Notes: generated from the letters alone by a model not told the origin. 64,000 nt of DNA from Candidatus Taenariivivens baikalensis (GCA_009691445.1 SICL01000001.1:65738-129737); one strand, 5' to 3'; positions 9,834-20,317 are shown, counted from the first letter of the stretch. Translations and numbers: made by a program.

Positions 9834-10796
9834 TCATACCATGAAATCAAAAAAAGAATTAAGCAAAGTTCTGAGCTTTTCCAGCGCAGGAAGTAATTCA
9901 TCCAGCGACTTGGGATTACGTACTTTTAGACATACGGTATACCCCTCGTCTTCAAAAAAAGGGTGGGCCTCCAGCTTAATATCTTTGTGGGCTTGACTTA
10001 TGTCCTGGGTCAGTTTCTTAAAATGCTCCTTAGGTCCAGTAAGCTTGGGAAAGCGGAGACGACTTATCGCCTCCACAAAACACTCGGTTTTCTTTCTTTT
10101 ATCTAAGGGGGCTGATGAAAGAGATTTTATGAGTCCATGAGCTTCTAAAAAAGCCTGCAGTGAATTTGGCGTCGAACGAGAGATTTCTAGCAGCCACTCC
10201 GTGACGAGAATCACTTGGGCCACTGTTAAGGATAATTGCGGGATTAACTCAGATGCAATCCATTGCTGGTCTCCTTTGGAAAAAAGACACAGCGTGGACG
10301 CGGCTTGAAGAGATACCTTCCCTTCGGAGATTGGAATCCACAGAGCTGGAACAAGTTTTGTAAGTGCGGCGTAAACTGCATAGGTTTGTGCCTGAGGCTT
10401 AAGCGCTAATGCCGGAAGAACCTTTGTCACTATCTCCACGGGGGTCATTTTGAAATCAGTCAAGGCCTTTTGAATCACATAAATCCTATCAATATCGCTC
10501 CACTTCAACGCCCAATTTGTGTAAACAGCTTGCAAAAAATAGTCTTTTTCTGAAAGCGGGATCTGAAGCACCATCGCAGGTACAACCGACAAATGAAGTT
10601 TTTTTGCGGCCAGCGCTCTTTTATAACCATCTACAATTTTAAAATCTGGAGCAGGCGTAAGAAGAAGCGGCGACTGAATTCCCATTTCGAGAACTGAGGC
10701 TTCAATCCGTTCATCGTTGACCCTGAAATGGCAAGTATAGACCGTGTCAAAACAAAGTTCCTCAACCGGAATTATTTGATAAACGTACTTTTCCAT
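9834..10796 (-). CDS. ParB/Srx-like N-terminal domain protein (hypothetical)
   Basis: N-terminal 'IPVEEL...IEASVLEMGIQSPLLL...KIVDGYKRALAAKK' resembles the ParB N-terminal domain (DG-[HY]-[HK]-R-x-xAAK). The rest is unassigned. Confidence 0.4.
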   Translation of the reverse strand: MEKYVYQIIPVEELCFDTVYTCHFRVNDERIEASVLEMGIQSPLLLTPAPDFKIVDGYKRALAAKKLHLSVVPAMVLQIPLSEKDYFLQAVYTNWALKWSDIDRIYVIQKALTDFKMTPVEIVTKVLPALALKPQAQTYAVYAALTKLVPALWIPISEGKVSLQAASTLCLFSKGDQQWIASELIPQLSLTVAQVILVTEWLLEISRSTPNSLQAFLEAHGLIKSLSSAPLDKRKKTECFVEAISRLRFPKLTGPKEHFKKLTQDISQAHKDIKLEAHPFFEDEGYTVCLKVRNPKSLDELLPALEKLRTLLNSFFDFMV

Positions 10797-11905
10797 TCAC
10801 TTTCCAGTTTTTCGGTCGAAATTTGAAGCACTTCGCGGATCACTTCATCGCTGGTCTTGTCATTAGTGAATTTTTGGAGCATTTGTTTAACTTGAAACAT
10901 CCCGTATCGCGCCGCGAGATAATCCACGAGGTGAAAACTTTCCTGATAAAAAAGAGCAACCTCCGACGTGTCTGTCATTGCTTCAAGATGGCTTTGACTC
11001 ATGAGCTGATCAACTGGAATCAGTGTATGGGTTTTGATGGCTGACCGAAAAATAAGCAAATCAACCTTTCGTTCTTTGTTTTCTTCGTAAACAGCAATCC
11101 CTTCATTAATCCAGGCCGGTGCAGATTGTTTGCTGATCGCAGCCACAAAGGCATGCGTCACCTCATGGCGCGTCAAGGCCCGAAGCTCCGCATCAATCGA
11201 CTTTCCTTTTTTAACCGGCATACGGACCTTTCCATCGTAAAGTCCCGACGACCAGTGGGGACGGCCCGTAATGGCCTTGAACTCCTCATCCTCGTACAAC
11301 ATAACGACGATCTGATACGTAAGATAATGCGCAAAATCCTGTGATATCTGGCGATAGGTTTCCCGCAAAAGCTCCCGAAGTTCAAACCCTTCAACAACCT
11401 TATCATTATCATGGTATTTGATAATAAAATGTTCTTCGGTATAAGTTGAAAATTTTGTTTCAACCTGGGTTTCTTTGATTAATTTTTCAATCTTCTCTAG
11501 AACTTCGGGACGCGGCTGTAAGGCATAGGATATCTGATAATTTTCCTTAGCGTCTTTGAGTTTTTGCTGCATATAATAAATTTCTCCGAGCAACTCATAC
11601 GCGTAAGCATTGGTGCTATCCTGCTTGAGCGCTTCCAAAACCGTTTGACGCGCCAGTTCATATTCCTGTTTCTGGAAATATTCAACCGCTTGATTGTTGA
11701 GGCTCACGGAAATCGGGGCGCTCGGCAGTTTTGCCTGACCCGGTGGTTTTGCGAAAAAACTCATAATCTCAATTTTTTGGCGTTTCTCAAGATTGCTTTC
11801 GACTTTATTTTCATCCACGGGTGATGTCCCAGCCGTACCCGAGCCTCCGTTCCAGAGGAATGTCGAAAGGATCATCACAACCCAACTTTTTCTCAGGATC
11901 TTCAC
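10772..11905 (-). CDS. Secreted TPR protein with putative HExxH zincin motif
   Basis: Signal peptide, TPR region, then 'LTRHEVTHAF...EGIAVYEE' (HExxH plus a downstream Glu). Confidence 0.45.
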   Translation of the reverse strand: MKILRKSWVVMILSTFLWNGGSGTAGTSPVDENKVESNLEKRQKIEIMSFFAKPPGQAKLPSAPISVSLNNQAVEYFQKQEYELARQTVLEALKQDSTNAYAYELLGEIYYMQQKLKDAKENYQISYALQPRPEVLEKIEKLIKETQVETKFSTYTEEHFIIKYHDNDKVVEGFELRELLRETYRQISQDFAHYLTYQIVVMLYEDEEFKAITGRPHWSSGLYDGKVRMPVKKGKSIDAELRALTRHEVTHAFVAAISKQSAPAWINEGIAVYEENKERKVDLLIFRSAIKTHTLIPVDQLMSQSHLEAMTDTSEVALFYQESFHLVDYLAARYGMFQVKQMLQKFTNDKTSDEVIREVLQISTEKLESEWKSTFIK

Positions 11906-13020
11906 AACCCAGACCCATCATGATCATTCCATTTCTTCGCCATATCTATTCGCTTTCGAATGGCGGGGTGATCATAAAAAAACCACTCATAAAGTGGATG
12001 AGGATCGGTATCTGCCAGGTTTACACGAGCGAGTTTTTCCATACAAGAGACAAAAACTGCTGGTTTAGGAAATGCCGATAATGAAAAAAGATCAGCCGCG
12101 CGCTCCATCTTCCTCGATAAAGCGTTTTGAAGGGGCGTAAGAAGGCAATAAATTCCGTAAAAAATAAAAAATAGAACTGGAAGCGTGCCGATATTTGAAA
12201 TTCCGTGCAGATGGAAATACTCGCCCAGCGGATCAATGGATCGAGATGCGCCGTAAAAGGCAGCTCCTGAGAAGCAAGTGCCCATCACAAGCTGTTTCCA
12301 GATATCACCATGTTTAAAGTGACCTAACTCATGAGCGACAACCGTTTCAATTTCATCCGCGGTAAAGTTCTGAAGCAAGGTATCACTCAGGACTACGCGT
12401 TTTGTTTTCCCCATTCCCATAAACGCAGCATTTGCCTTCTTTGTTGTTTTACTGAGATTGATCGAGTAGACATTTTGAATCGGAAGACCGTACCGGATTC
12501 CAAGATTCAAAATTCGTTGAACCAGCAATTGGTCTTCAACCCTGCCATATTTATAAAACATGGGAACAACCAAGACAGGGAAAATTTTTCCCATCCCATA
12601 ACTAAAAGCAACAAAGCTAATCCACGCCCAAAACCACCAACTTTCCGGCTGATGCCAGATCAAAGCGTAAAGCGCGATGATGAGACCCAACGATACTATA
12701 AAGGAAAGGACTGATCGCTTGAGTAGGTCCACTCCCCAAGCGCCCAGAGTTTGATTCGAAAGATCAAATTGATGCTCCACCCAATATCCAGAATAAAAAC
12801 TAAGCGGAAGATCGAAGACAAGCATCCAAAGTGAAAAATAGAAAAAATAAAGACTTAGCTGGGCATAATGATTCGGCGCCACAGCGGCCCATTGGACAAA
12901 AGTTGTATTCATGGGCAAGACGAGTGTTAAAAAAAGGAGAGCCGGGGTCAGAATCAAATTAAATAACACGAGCCTCTGTTTGATACGCTGATAGGCTTTT
13001 GACTTTTCATCAGGATTCAT
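11902..13020 (-). CDS. M48 (Ste24/HtpX-like) integral-membrane zinc metallopeptidase
   Basis: Multiple N-terminal TM helices, 'VVAHELGHFKHGD' HExxH motif and C-terminal 'YDHPAIRKR'. Confidence 0.8.
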   Translation of the reverse strand: MNPDEKSKAYQRIKQRLVLFNLILTPALLFLTLVLPMNTTFVQWAAVAPNHYAQLSLYFFYFSLWMLVFDLPLSFYSGYWVEHQFDLSNQTLGAWGVDLLKRSVLSFIVSLGLIIALYALIWHQPESWWFWAWISFVAFSYGMGKIFPVLVVPMFYKYGRVEDQLLVQRILNLGIRYGLPIQNVYSINLSKTTKKANAAFMGMGKTKRVVLSDTLLQNFTADEIETVVAHELGHFKHGDIWKQLVMGTCFSGAAFYGASRSIDPLGEYFHLHGISNIGTLPVLFFIFYGIYCLLTPLQNALSRKMERAADLFSLSAFPKPAVFVSCMEKLARVNLADTDPHPLYEWFFYDHPAIRKRIDMAKKWNDHDGSGL

Positions 13021-13043
13021 AACACCTTTTGTCTGTTTCTTGG

Positions 13044-13781
13044 TTAATTGAATTCAGCAAGTAGACCGAAATGGTCCGATGCGTAGAGGGCATCTGATTC
13101 AGGCTTGTCCCAAATCATCGTACATTCCCTTAAATTCTTAAGACTGATTTCCTGAGACTGATAAAAAATATAATCAATCCGTCGATCGGGAAGCACATGG
13201 CTGGATCCTGCTGCGAAGGGATTATCATTAGCCCAGGTGCATCCCGGGATATCTGGATGTTTGATCGTATACGAATCTTTCCATCCCTGCGCTTTGATCA
13301 TCATAATTTCGTTGGCGGTTGGGGGCGCGTTAAAATCCCCCATCATGATTGACTCCTTTGAAAGACCCTTTGAGTTGATAAAATCCAGCATCTCAGACGC
13401 CTGTCTTTCCCTAAAAATCCCCTCCTCTGGCAGCCACGAAAGGTGGGTATTAAAAATCCTGACGGGATTGTCACCAATTAGAATTGCCGCATAAATCAAA
13501 TAACGAAAATATGTTTCAGTTGGTGATTGGGTGGGCAAACGAAGATAATCCGTCTGAATGATCGGGTGTTTCGAAAGAATCAAAAGCCCCGAGGGTGACT
13601 CCGGATAATAAAAATAGGGAAGACCTGTCTTGTTTGGCAGACTTACGGCCCAAACCTCATTAAAGACCTCCTGAAAGCAAACCACCTCAGGACGATATTT
13701 TTCAAGGCCCTGGAGGATGATCTCCCACCGGCGCTCCCAGGGTCCACGCTCCTGCCAAGTATTCAGCGTGATAACTTTCAT
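13044..13781 (-). CDS. Endonuclease/exonuclease/phosphatase (EEP) family protein
   Basis: MKVITLNTW...VVCFQEV N-terminal EEP motif; C-terminal SDH. Confidence 0.75.
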   Translation of the reverse strand: MKVITLNTWQERGPWERRWEIILQGLEKYRPEVVCFQEVFNEVWAVSLPNKTGLPYFYYPESPSGLLILSKHPIIQTDYLRLPTQSPTETYFRYLIYAAILIGDNPVRIFNTHLSWLPEEGIFRERQASEMLDFINSKGLSKESIMMGDFNAPPTANEIMMIKAQGWKDSYTIKHPDIPGCTWANDNPFAAGSSHVLPDRRIDYIFYQSQEISLKNLRECTMIWDKPESDALYASDHFGLLAEFN

Positions 13782-14566
13782 TCCGGTTGATTCCCGCTCT
13801 GGGCTCGAAGAGCCGCTAAATCCTGAATCATCTTGTCCCTGATTTCCTGGATTTTCTCCGTCATTTGTTCGTCGTCTTCTGAAAGAAGAATGGGTTCTTG
13901 GATGGATGCCTGGATTAGCACATTACGGGCAACACGCCAGGATTTCTTACGAATTCCCTGCATTGTTCCAGCAATGACTAAAGGAAGTAAAGGCATGCGC
14001 TCGTTCTGAGCCAGCTTAAAAGCGCCTGGCTTAAATGGCAGCATATGTCCGTTAAGGCTGCGAGTTCCCTCGGGAAACATTAAAATACTTTCCCCCGCCT
14101 GTAAATATTGCTTAGCACTTTGAACCGCCAGTCTGCGGCTTTCAGGGCTGGACCGTCCAACCGGAATATATCCGGCAAAAAACATGTGCCAGCCCAAAAA
14201 AGGAATCTGAAATAATTCTTTTTTCGCCATAAACTTAAAGGGCATAGGCAGAACCACTAAAGCCACAAGAATATCCAGAATACTCTGGTGATTCGCAATC
14301 ACTAAATAATGCTGTCCCTGACGATGATTTTCAGCCCCGCGAACCTCGATTTTCCAAATTCTCACGGCTCCTACAATGGATTTCGCCCACAAAACAGCAA
14401 CCTGATGAAAAACCTTTTGAGCTTTTGGTCTTGAGAAAATATAAATCCAGGAAAAAAAAAGGATCGATGAGACAGTATAAAAAAGAGTGACGAAAATTAA
14501 AACCGTCCAAAAAAACAGAGACATCACTGGGCTTGATTCTTTCAATTGGTTTTGATCGTTTTTCAT
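13778..14566 (-). CDS. plsC: 1-acyl-sn-glycerol-3-phosphate acyltransferase
   Basis: HxxxxD motif (NHQSILD) and FPEGTRS motif; N-terminal TM. Confidence 0.85.
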   Translation of the reverse strand: MKNDQNQLKESSPVMSLFFWTVLIFVTLFYTVSSILFFSWIYIFSRPKAQKVFHQVAVLWAKSIVGAVRIWKIEVRGAENHRQGQHYLVIANHQSILDILVALVVLPMPFKFMAKKELFQIPFLGWHMFFAGYIPVGRSSPESRRLAVQSAKQYLQAGESILMFPEGTRSLNGHMLPFKPGAFKLAQNERMPLLPLVIAGTMQGIRKKSWRVARNVLIQASIQEPILLSEDDEQMTEKIQEIRDKMIQDLAALRAQSGNQPE

Positions 14567-14620
14567 AAGCTTGTAATTTTAGTAGTGTTAGCGAGAAATT
14601 AAAACAGCTATTTTGATCCA

Positions 14621-14649
14621 TTGACAAAACATCCTCGATCTCTAAAATG
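14621..14649 (+). promoter_or_regulatory. Putative sigma70-type promoter (TTGACA-N16-TAAAAT) for the DUF59/TPR gene pair
   Basis: TTGACA at 14621..14626 and TAAAAT at 14643..14648, followed by AGGAGG (14656..14661) and ATG at 14666. Divergent from plsC. Confidence 0.5.
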
Positions 14650-14665
14650 TGACTCAGGAGGCCTT

Positions 14666-14974
14666 ATGATTACTAAAGACCAAGTAATTGATGTAGCCAA
14701 ACAGTGTTTTGACCCTGAAATCCCCGTCAATATCTGGGATTTGGGACTGATCTATGATATTAATATTACGCCCGACACCAATGACGTTCATATCCGGATG
14801 ACACTAACGACCCAGCATTGCCCATCCGCCAAGGAAATACCTCTAACCCTCAAGAGCAAAATACAGGCGGAGTTGCAGCCGACAAGCGTGGAGGTTGAAA
14901 TCGTGTTCGATCCTCTTTGGACTCCGGAGCGAATTACCGAAGAAGGCAAGAAACTTTTGGGGATCGAGGCTTAG
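14666..14974 (+). CDS. DUF59 / MIP18-family (SufT-like) Fe-S assembly protein
   Basis: About 100 aa; 'VNIWDLGLIYDI' and 'HCPSA' match the DUF59 family. Start set at the ATG with a strong SD. The TTG at 14621 is the promoter -35. Confidence 0.7.
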   Translation: MITKDQVIDVAKQCFDPEIPVNIWDLGLIYDINITPDTNDVHIRMTLTTQHCPSAKEIPLTLKSKIQAELQPTSVEVEIVFDPLWTPERITEEGKKLLGIEA

Positions 14975-14979
14975 AGCGG

Positions 14980-15651
14980 ATGGATCAAGCCGCCAACCTT
15001 TATGAATCTGCCCTCAGCGACTTCAGCCATCAAGATTATGATTCTGCGATTTCAAAATTACACGCGACGTTAGAAATTAGCCCGGAATTTGAAGATGCTC
15101 ACGAAGCCCTCGCCGTCATTCTCTATCATCAGAAAAAGTATGATGACTCCGTCCAGGCTATTCAGCATTGGATACGCCTGAATCCCCATTCGATCATGGC
15201 TCGAACCAATCTATCCCGATGTTACGTCGCCAAAGGGATGATCCTAGAAGCAGAAAAGGAGCAGGCTGAAGCACGCCGCCTTACGTGGCAGGCAGAACTC
15301 AAGCTAAAAAAACAAAGTGCCCCGCCGATCAATCCCCAGGAACTCATCGAACGGTATAAGAAGGTCATCGCTCTAGATCCCCTGGACGTTTTAGGCTATT
15401 TCAGCCTTGGAACCACTTATATGGAATCCGGCATGAAACGGGATGCTGCTGATACTTTCGAAAAAGCCGTGGAAATCAATCCTAAACATTCCTCATCCTA
15501 TCTAGGATTCGCACAAGCCCTCACAGCTCTTGGTGATAACGAAAAGGCTAAAAGGATTTTCCGCCAAGGGATTAGAGTTTCAGAAAGTCAGGGGGACGTC
15601 ATGGTGCAAAAAAAGATGGAAGCCCATCTGAAGAATCTAGAATCGTTTTAG
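14980..15651 (+). CDS. TPR repeat protein
   Basis: Multiple TPR-like repeats. Start at the second Met immediately after the upstream stop. Confidence 0.6.
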   Translation: MDQAANLYESALSDFSHQDYDSAISKLHATLEISPEFEDAHEALAVILYHQKKYDDSVQAIQHWIRLNPHSIMARTNLSRCYVAKGMILEAEKEQAEARRLTWQAELKLKKQSAPPINPQELIERYKKVIALDPLDVLGYFSLGTTYMESGMKRDAADTFEKAVEINPKHSSSYLGFAQALTALGDNEKAKRIFRQGIRVSESQGDVMVQKKMEAHLKNLESF

Positions 15652-17693
15652 AAATTATCCGGATCACTTTCAGCTTTACGCCGATTAAATGAGTCTGTAT
15701 CGTAGGCAGTATCTGGTTCTTCCGCAAAGGGACAGTCATCTTCTTCAGGAATCTTTTGAGAAATATTGTTCTCAAAAAGATCGGAAGGAATTTCACTAAG
15801 AAATCGTGACGGCAGATTTCTTTGGCGGGAACCATAAAGAAGCCGCTCACGCGCAAAGGTCATATGCAGTTTATCTTTAGCCCGCGTCATCCCGACATAA
15901 CACAGACGCCTCTCCTCTTCCAGATCCGCTAAATCTGCGGAATAACTCTTAATATTGGGAAAGATTCCCTCTTCCAGCCCTATCATGTAAACAATAGGAA
16001 ACTCAAGGCCCTTGGCTGTGTGCAGACTCATGAGCGTAAGGACATTGGTGCTAGCATCCCAGCGGTCGAAATCTGTCACAAGAGAAATGGATTCTAAAAA
16101 AGAATAAAGCTGATTACCTTCTTCGTAAGCGTTGGGTATTTCTTCGAAATCCTGAATCACACTGAAAAATTCTCCAATATTTTCTATTCGAGCTTTGGAT
16201 TCAATGGTTTTCTCAGCCTCAAGCGTATGAACATAGCGGGAATTTTTGAGAAGCATTTCCAGCAGATCGCTAATACTAAGCTGACGGTGTTCTGCGCGGG
16301 CCTTTTCAATCAGTCCCACAAATTCATAAATTGACTTACGAGTTTTAGGCGTTAAATCATCGAGTCCGTGAGAGGCCCGAAGCGCTTCATGAAATCCGAT
16401 TTGCTGCTGCAAAGCGTGTGCCTCAAGAACCTCCAAAGCTTTTTTCCCAATTCCCCGCGTTGGAACATTAATGATTCGTTTCAAGCTGATATCGTCTTGA
16501 GGATTTGCGACCACGCGGAGATACGCAATAATATCTTTAATTTCCTTGCGGTCATAAAAGCGCGTACCGCCAATAATTTTATAAGGAACGCTTGCGCGAC
16601 GAAGAGTATCTTCTAAAATCCGGGATTGCGCATGGACGCGGTAGAAGACCACTTGATCGGAAAATGTCTTTCCACGCTCAGTATTTTCAAGCACTTGCTT
16701 CACCACATACTGAGCTTCGTGTTTCTCATCGAAGGACTCAAAAAGACTGATGGCTTCGCCACCCTTGCGGCTGGTCCAAAGGGCTTTGGGTTTTCTCTGC
16801 GTATTGCGGCTAATTAATTCATTCGCTCCATCGAGAATCACTGAACTTGACCGGTAATTTTGTTCAAGTTTGATGATCCCGCATTCGGGATAATCCGTTT
16901 CAAAACTGAGAATATTTTGAATATCCGCCCCGCGCCAGGAATAAATGGACTGATCCGGATCACCCACCACGGTAATCTGACGGCGCTGCGAGGCTAAGAG
17001 TTTAACAAAGAGATACTGGGCATGATTCGTATCCTGATACTCATCAATCAGAATCACCTTAAAACGATCCTGCCAGGACTGTAGGACTTGCGGCGAATGT
17101 TCAAAAAGCTGAACCGTTTTCATCATTAAATCGCCAAAGTCACAGGCTTTAAATTGGCTCATCTTTTTTTCATAGAGGGTATAAATTTTACTGACGGCGT
17201 CATCATAGAGATCCCTCGCATTCGCGGCAAACACTTTGGGATTCATGAGGAGATCCTTAGCTCTCTGGATCCTTTCCAACACGCCCTTGGGATGGACTTG
17301 TTTTTCGTTGAGTTTCAATTCTCGAATACATTCTTTTACCAAAACACTTTGATCATGATCATCATAAATAGTGAACCCAGATTCAAGACCGATTGCCCGC
17401 CCGTCCATGCGAAGAATACGAAGGCAGGTTGAGTGAAAGGTACTCACCCAAATCTGCTGATTGATCAGACTCTGGACCCGCCTCTTCATTTCCGCCGCAG
17501 CTTTATTGGTGAATGTTACTCCGAGAATATTAAACGCAGGCGTACCTTGACTAATCTGGTAGGCAATACGATGGACTAAAATTCGCGTCTTTCCACTTCC
17601 AGCACCCGCCACAATGAGCAATGGCTTGTTCGGCCAGCAGACGGCAGCTTTTTGAGATTCGTTTAAATTTTCTAGAAGTTTATCGAAGCTCAT
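15648..17693 (-). CDS. uvrD: ATP-dependent DNA helicase, UvrD/PcrA/Rep family
   Basis: 681 aa; Walker A 'AGAGSGKT' and the UvrD-family motifs throughout. Confidence 0.9.
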   Translation of the reverse strand: MSFDKLLENLNESQKAAVCWPNKPLLIVAGAGSGKTRILVHRIAYQISQGTPAFNILGVTFTNKAAAEMKRRVQSLINQQIWVSTFHSTCLRILRMDGRAIGLESGFTIYDDHDQSVLVKECIRELKLNEKQVHPKGVLERIQRAKDLLMNPKVFAANARDLYDDAVSKIYTLYEKKMSQFKACDFGDLMMKTVQLFEHSPQVLQSWQDRFKVILIDEYQDTNHAQYLFVKLLASQRRQITVVGDPDQSIYSWRGADIQNILSFETDYPECGIIKLEQNYRSSSVILDGANELISRNTQRKPKALWTSRKGGEAISLFESFDEKHEAQYVVKQVLENTERGKTFSDQVVFYRVHAQSRILEDTLRRASVPYKIIGGTRFYDRKEIKDIIAYLRVVANPQDDISLKRIINVPTRGIGKKALEVLEAHALQQQIGFHEALRASHGLDDLTPKTRKSIYEFVGLIEKARAEHRQLSISDLLEMLLKNSRYVHTLEAEKTIESKARIENIGEFFSVIQDFEEIPNAYEEGNQLYSFLESISLVTDFDRWDASTNVLTLMSLHTAKGLEFPIVYMIGLEEGIFPNIKSYSADLADLEEERRLCYVGMTRAKDKLHMTFARERLLYGSRQRNLPSRFLSEIPSDLFENNISQKIPEEDDCPFAEEPDTAYDTDSFNRRKAESDPDNF

Positions 17694-18118
17694 ACGTCTT
17701 CCGAAATGATGAAGTCTTTTTCAAAAGTTTGATGGAAATCATAGACGGCATGAAAGTCCTCGAACTTATCATTAGGCTGTTTTCGGAGGACTTCGGCGTC
17801 CACAAGGTCAAAAACAATCTGCCCGAAATCATCTGTTGTAAAAATTCCCCAATGGTTCAAAACAGTCTTGGACATTTTCCCAAAGCGTTGAACCGTGAAT
17901 TCACGGATTCCAAATAGAAGTTCCGGGCCCGTAATGTGACGAGGCTCGGCAAGCTTTGAAACCGTAAAAGTGAGGGCCTCCATAAGAAAAAAATAAGCCT
18001 CCTCGTGAAAACGGGGCGTCTTTGTTCTCGCTAGTTTCATTTTCTCGAAAATATTTTGGAAGTCACTCAATGGAATTCCCAACACGTTCATTTTCTGTTG
18101 TAAGGCTATGATATCCAA
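17690..18118 (-). CDS. Conserved hypothetical protein, translationally coupled to uvrD
   Basis: 142 aa, no recognizable motif. ATGA overlap with uvrD start. Confidence 0.4.
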   Translation of the reverse strand: MDIIALQQKMNVLGIPLSDFQNIFEKMKLARTKTPRFHEEAYFFLMEALTFTVSKLAEPRHITGPELLFGIREFTVQRFGKMSKTVLNHWGIFTTDDFGQIVFDLVDAEVLRKQPNDKFEDFHAVYDFHQTFEKDFIISEDV

Positions 18119-18800
18119 ATTGAACGGCTTGTTTTATTTCATACTTCTTCTGTGAAAGTTCTTGGGCTTCCTTTAACTGGGACGGGAAAATAGGGGCTGG
18201 TTTGAGATTAACACCAAAAACTTTTTGAAATCCAGCACATAAACCTCGTTGAAACTCGGTGGATGAAATTCCGGGAATCAAACGCACCGACTCTTGGTGG
18301 AGAAAAATTCCTCGAGAACGCTTTTGAGACCCTCCTGCCACTTTATTGAGTCCAAGAGCAAGATCCGTCGCAATAGGGAAAGTAAAACAGTCAAATCCTC
18401 GAGGAAGATTTTCATCGACGCGATAAAATCGTGGTTTGACGCCGGCTAATTCGAGTCCGTACTTGACCGCTTCATGAATCTTCCAATAGCTCAAACGCAC
18501 CGATCCAAACGACACATCAGCTGATTTTTGAGCCACCAAACTAAACATAAGATCTTTTCCATGGACGACGCGGCCACCTCCGGTAATTCTTCGGCAGGTT
18601 CTGCGTGGATTCGGAATTTCTTCCCGGTGAGTATAGCCGACCGTAACCCAAGATTCATAAGAATGGAAAAATCGGAGAATGGGAAGAACGCAATTGGGGT
18701 TTTTCTGAAGCGATTCATAATGGCCATTAAACAATACTTCATCCAAGGCCATTTGAAATGGCATGGGAGCGCAAATATCCGGTAGAAGTTTCCATTCCAT
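18063..18800 (-). CDS. Lipoate-protein ligase / octanoyltransferase family (BPL_LplA_LipB domain) protein
   Basis: 'RRITGGGRVVHG' matches the LplA/LipM 'RR-x-[ST]GGG-x-V-[FY]HD' motif; 245 aa. Immediately downstream of gcvPB. Confidence 0.7.
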   Translation of the reverse strand: MEWKLLPDICAPMPFQMALDEVLFNGHYESLQKNPNCVLPILRFFHSYESWVTVGYTHREEIPNPRRTCRRITGGGRVVHGKDLMFSLVAQKSADVSFGSVRLSYWKIHEAVKYGLELAGVKPRFYRVDENLPRGFDCFTFPIATDLALGLNKVAGGSQKRSRGIFLHQESVRLIPGISSTEFQRGLCAGFQKVFGVNLKPAPIFPSQLKEAQELSQKKYEIKQAVQFGYHSLTTENERVGNSIE

Positions 18801-18808
18801 GTCAATTT

Positions 18809-20317
18809 TTAGGAAACCGAAACGCCGTCAGATTGAAGAGCCTTCTCCCTGACTAAGTCACGATACGAGAGAATCGGCTTGCGCGCAGCGAGAACTTCAT
18901 CCGGTCGAGCAATCGGAAGATTGCGCGGAGCGTCCAAAATCACCTTGGGATCCTCTTCGATTTCTCGGGCGATGGCTATCATCGCCTCAATAAATTCATC
19001 CAGAGTTTCTTTACTTTCCGTTTCAGTAGGCTCGATCATCAGCGCTTCCTCGACCACAAGTGGAAAATGAACTGTCGGCGCATGAAATCCTAATTCTAGA
19101 AGCCGTTTACCAATATCGCCAGCATGAATTCCTTTATTAGTCGCAAATTTAAGTGTCAGGACAAATTCATGCATACAGGTTTCATCAATGGCAACGGGAA
19201 AATATTTTTTAAGCTTTTTTCGCAAGTAATTAGCATTAACAATCGCACCTTCCGAACATTTCAAGATACCCTCAAGTCCCAAAGATCGTATATAGACATA
19301 GGCACGAAGGAGCATCCCTGCATTTCCATAAAAGGATTTTACGCGGCCAATTGATTGGGGCGCATCTTTGTTCCAAGTGAATTTTCCCGCGGCAGTTTTT
19401 TCAAGGACAGGAAGCGGAAGAAAAGGAATAAGTCGCTTTTTAACACCCACCGGTCCGGAACCCGGACCACCGCCACCGTGTGGCGTTGAAAAGGTTTTGT
19501 GCAGATTAAGATGAACAATATCAAATCCCATATCCCCGGGGCGCGCGATGCCAAGCAGAGGATTTAGGTTTGCGCCGTCATAATAAAGCAGAGCGCCTTT
19601 CGAATGTACCTGTTTTGTAATTTCAAGAATGTCCTCTTCAAAAAGACCCAAAGTATTGGGGTTAGTCAACATCAAACAGGCTGTGTCATCATCCAAATTT
19701 TCGAGGAGAACCTCCAGATCAACGCGCCCACGGTCATTCGTTTTTAGCTCAACCACACGATAGCCAAAAAGCGCAGCGCTGGCGGGATTGGTTCCGTGGC
19801 TTGAATCAGGCACGAGAACTTTAGAGCGATGACCCTGCCCGGTAGCATTGTGATAAGCCCTGACCAGCATAATTCCGGTAAGCTCCCCGTGCGCGCCCGC
19901 TGCTGGCTGAAGCGTAAAGGCATCCATTCCCGTAATAGTTTTAAGATATTGCTCCAAATCATAAAAGATCGATAGCATTCCTTGAACCGTTTCTTCGGGT
20001 TGAAAGGGATGAAGTGCTGAAAATTTATCTAGTCCCGCAGCCCATTCATTAACTTTGGGATTGTATTTCATGGTGCAGCTGCCTAGTGGATAAAATTGCG
20101 TATCAATGGAGTAATTTTTTTTAGAAAGGGATACGAAATGTCGAACGGCTTCAGGTTCCGTGAGCTCGGGAAAAAGGAGCACCTGCTTGCGAAGCAAACT
20201 TTCGGATATTTTTTGAACCGGTTGATAATCCAGACAACGCGACGATGTAAGCGTGGCGCCGCGGCGTCCCGGCTTGCTTTTTTCAAAACTCGTCCTGGAA
20301 TCTGTAGAAATTAACAT
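18809..20317 (-). CDS. gcvPB: Glycine dehydrogenase (decarboxylating) subunit 2
   Basis: 502 aa; 'CTMKYNPK' and PLP region; split P-protein partner of gcvPA. Confidence 0.9.
   Translation of the reverse strand: MLISTDSRTSFEKSKPGRRGATLTSSRCLDYQPVQKISESLLRKQVLLFPELTEPEAVRHFVSLSKKNYSIDTQFYPLGSCTMKYNPKVNEWAAGLDKFSALHPFQPEETVQGMLSIFYDLEQYLKTITGMDAFTLQPAAGAHGELTGIMLVRAYHNATGQGHRSKVLVPDSSHGTNPASAALFGYRVVELKTNDRGRVDLEVLLENLDDDTACLMLTNPNTLGLFEEDILEITKQVHSKGALLYYDGANLNPLLGIARPGDMGFDIVHLNLHKTFSTPHGGGGPGSGPVGVKKRLIPFLPLPVLEKTAAGKFTWNKDAPQSIGRVKSFYGNAGMLLRAYVYIRSLGLEGILKCSEGAIVNANYLRKKLKKYFPVAIDETCMHEFVLTLKFATNKGIHAGDIGKRLLELGFHAPTVHFPLVVEEALMIEPTETESKETLDEFIEAMIAIAREIEEDPKVILDAPRNLPIARPDEVLAARKPILSYRDLVREKALQSDGVSVS

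Noticed and set aside
12021-12714. Plus- and minus-strand ORFs of 70-130 aa inside the M48 peptidase gene (and similar internal ORFs inside lepA, batD, uvrD, murE, etc.)
   Set aside because: These are antisense or out-of-frame shadows of well-supported long genes. They have no motifs, and many use TTG/GTG pseudo-starts.
14621-14665. TTG start at 14621 for the DUF59 gene
   Set aside because: This TTG is the first triplet of a TTGACA -35 box. A strong AGGAGG lies 4-5 nt upstream of the ATG at 14666.
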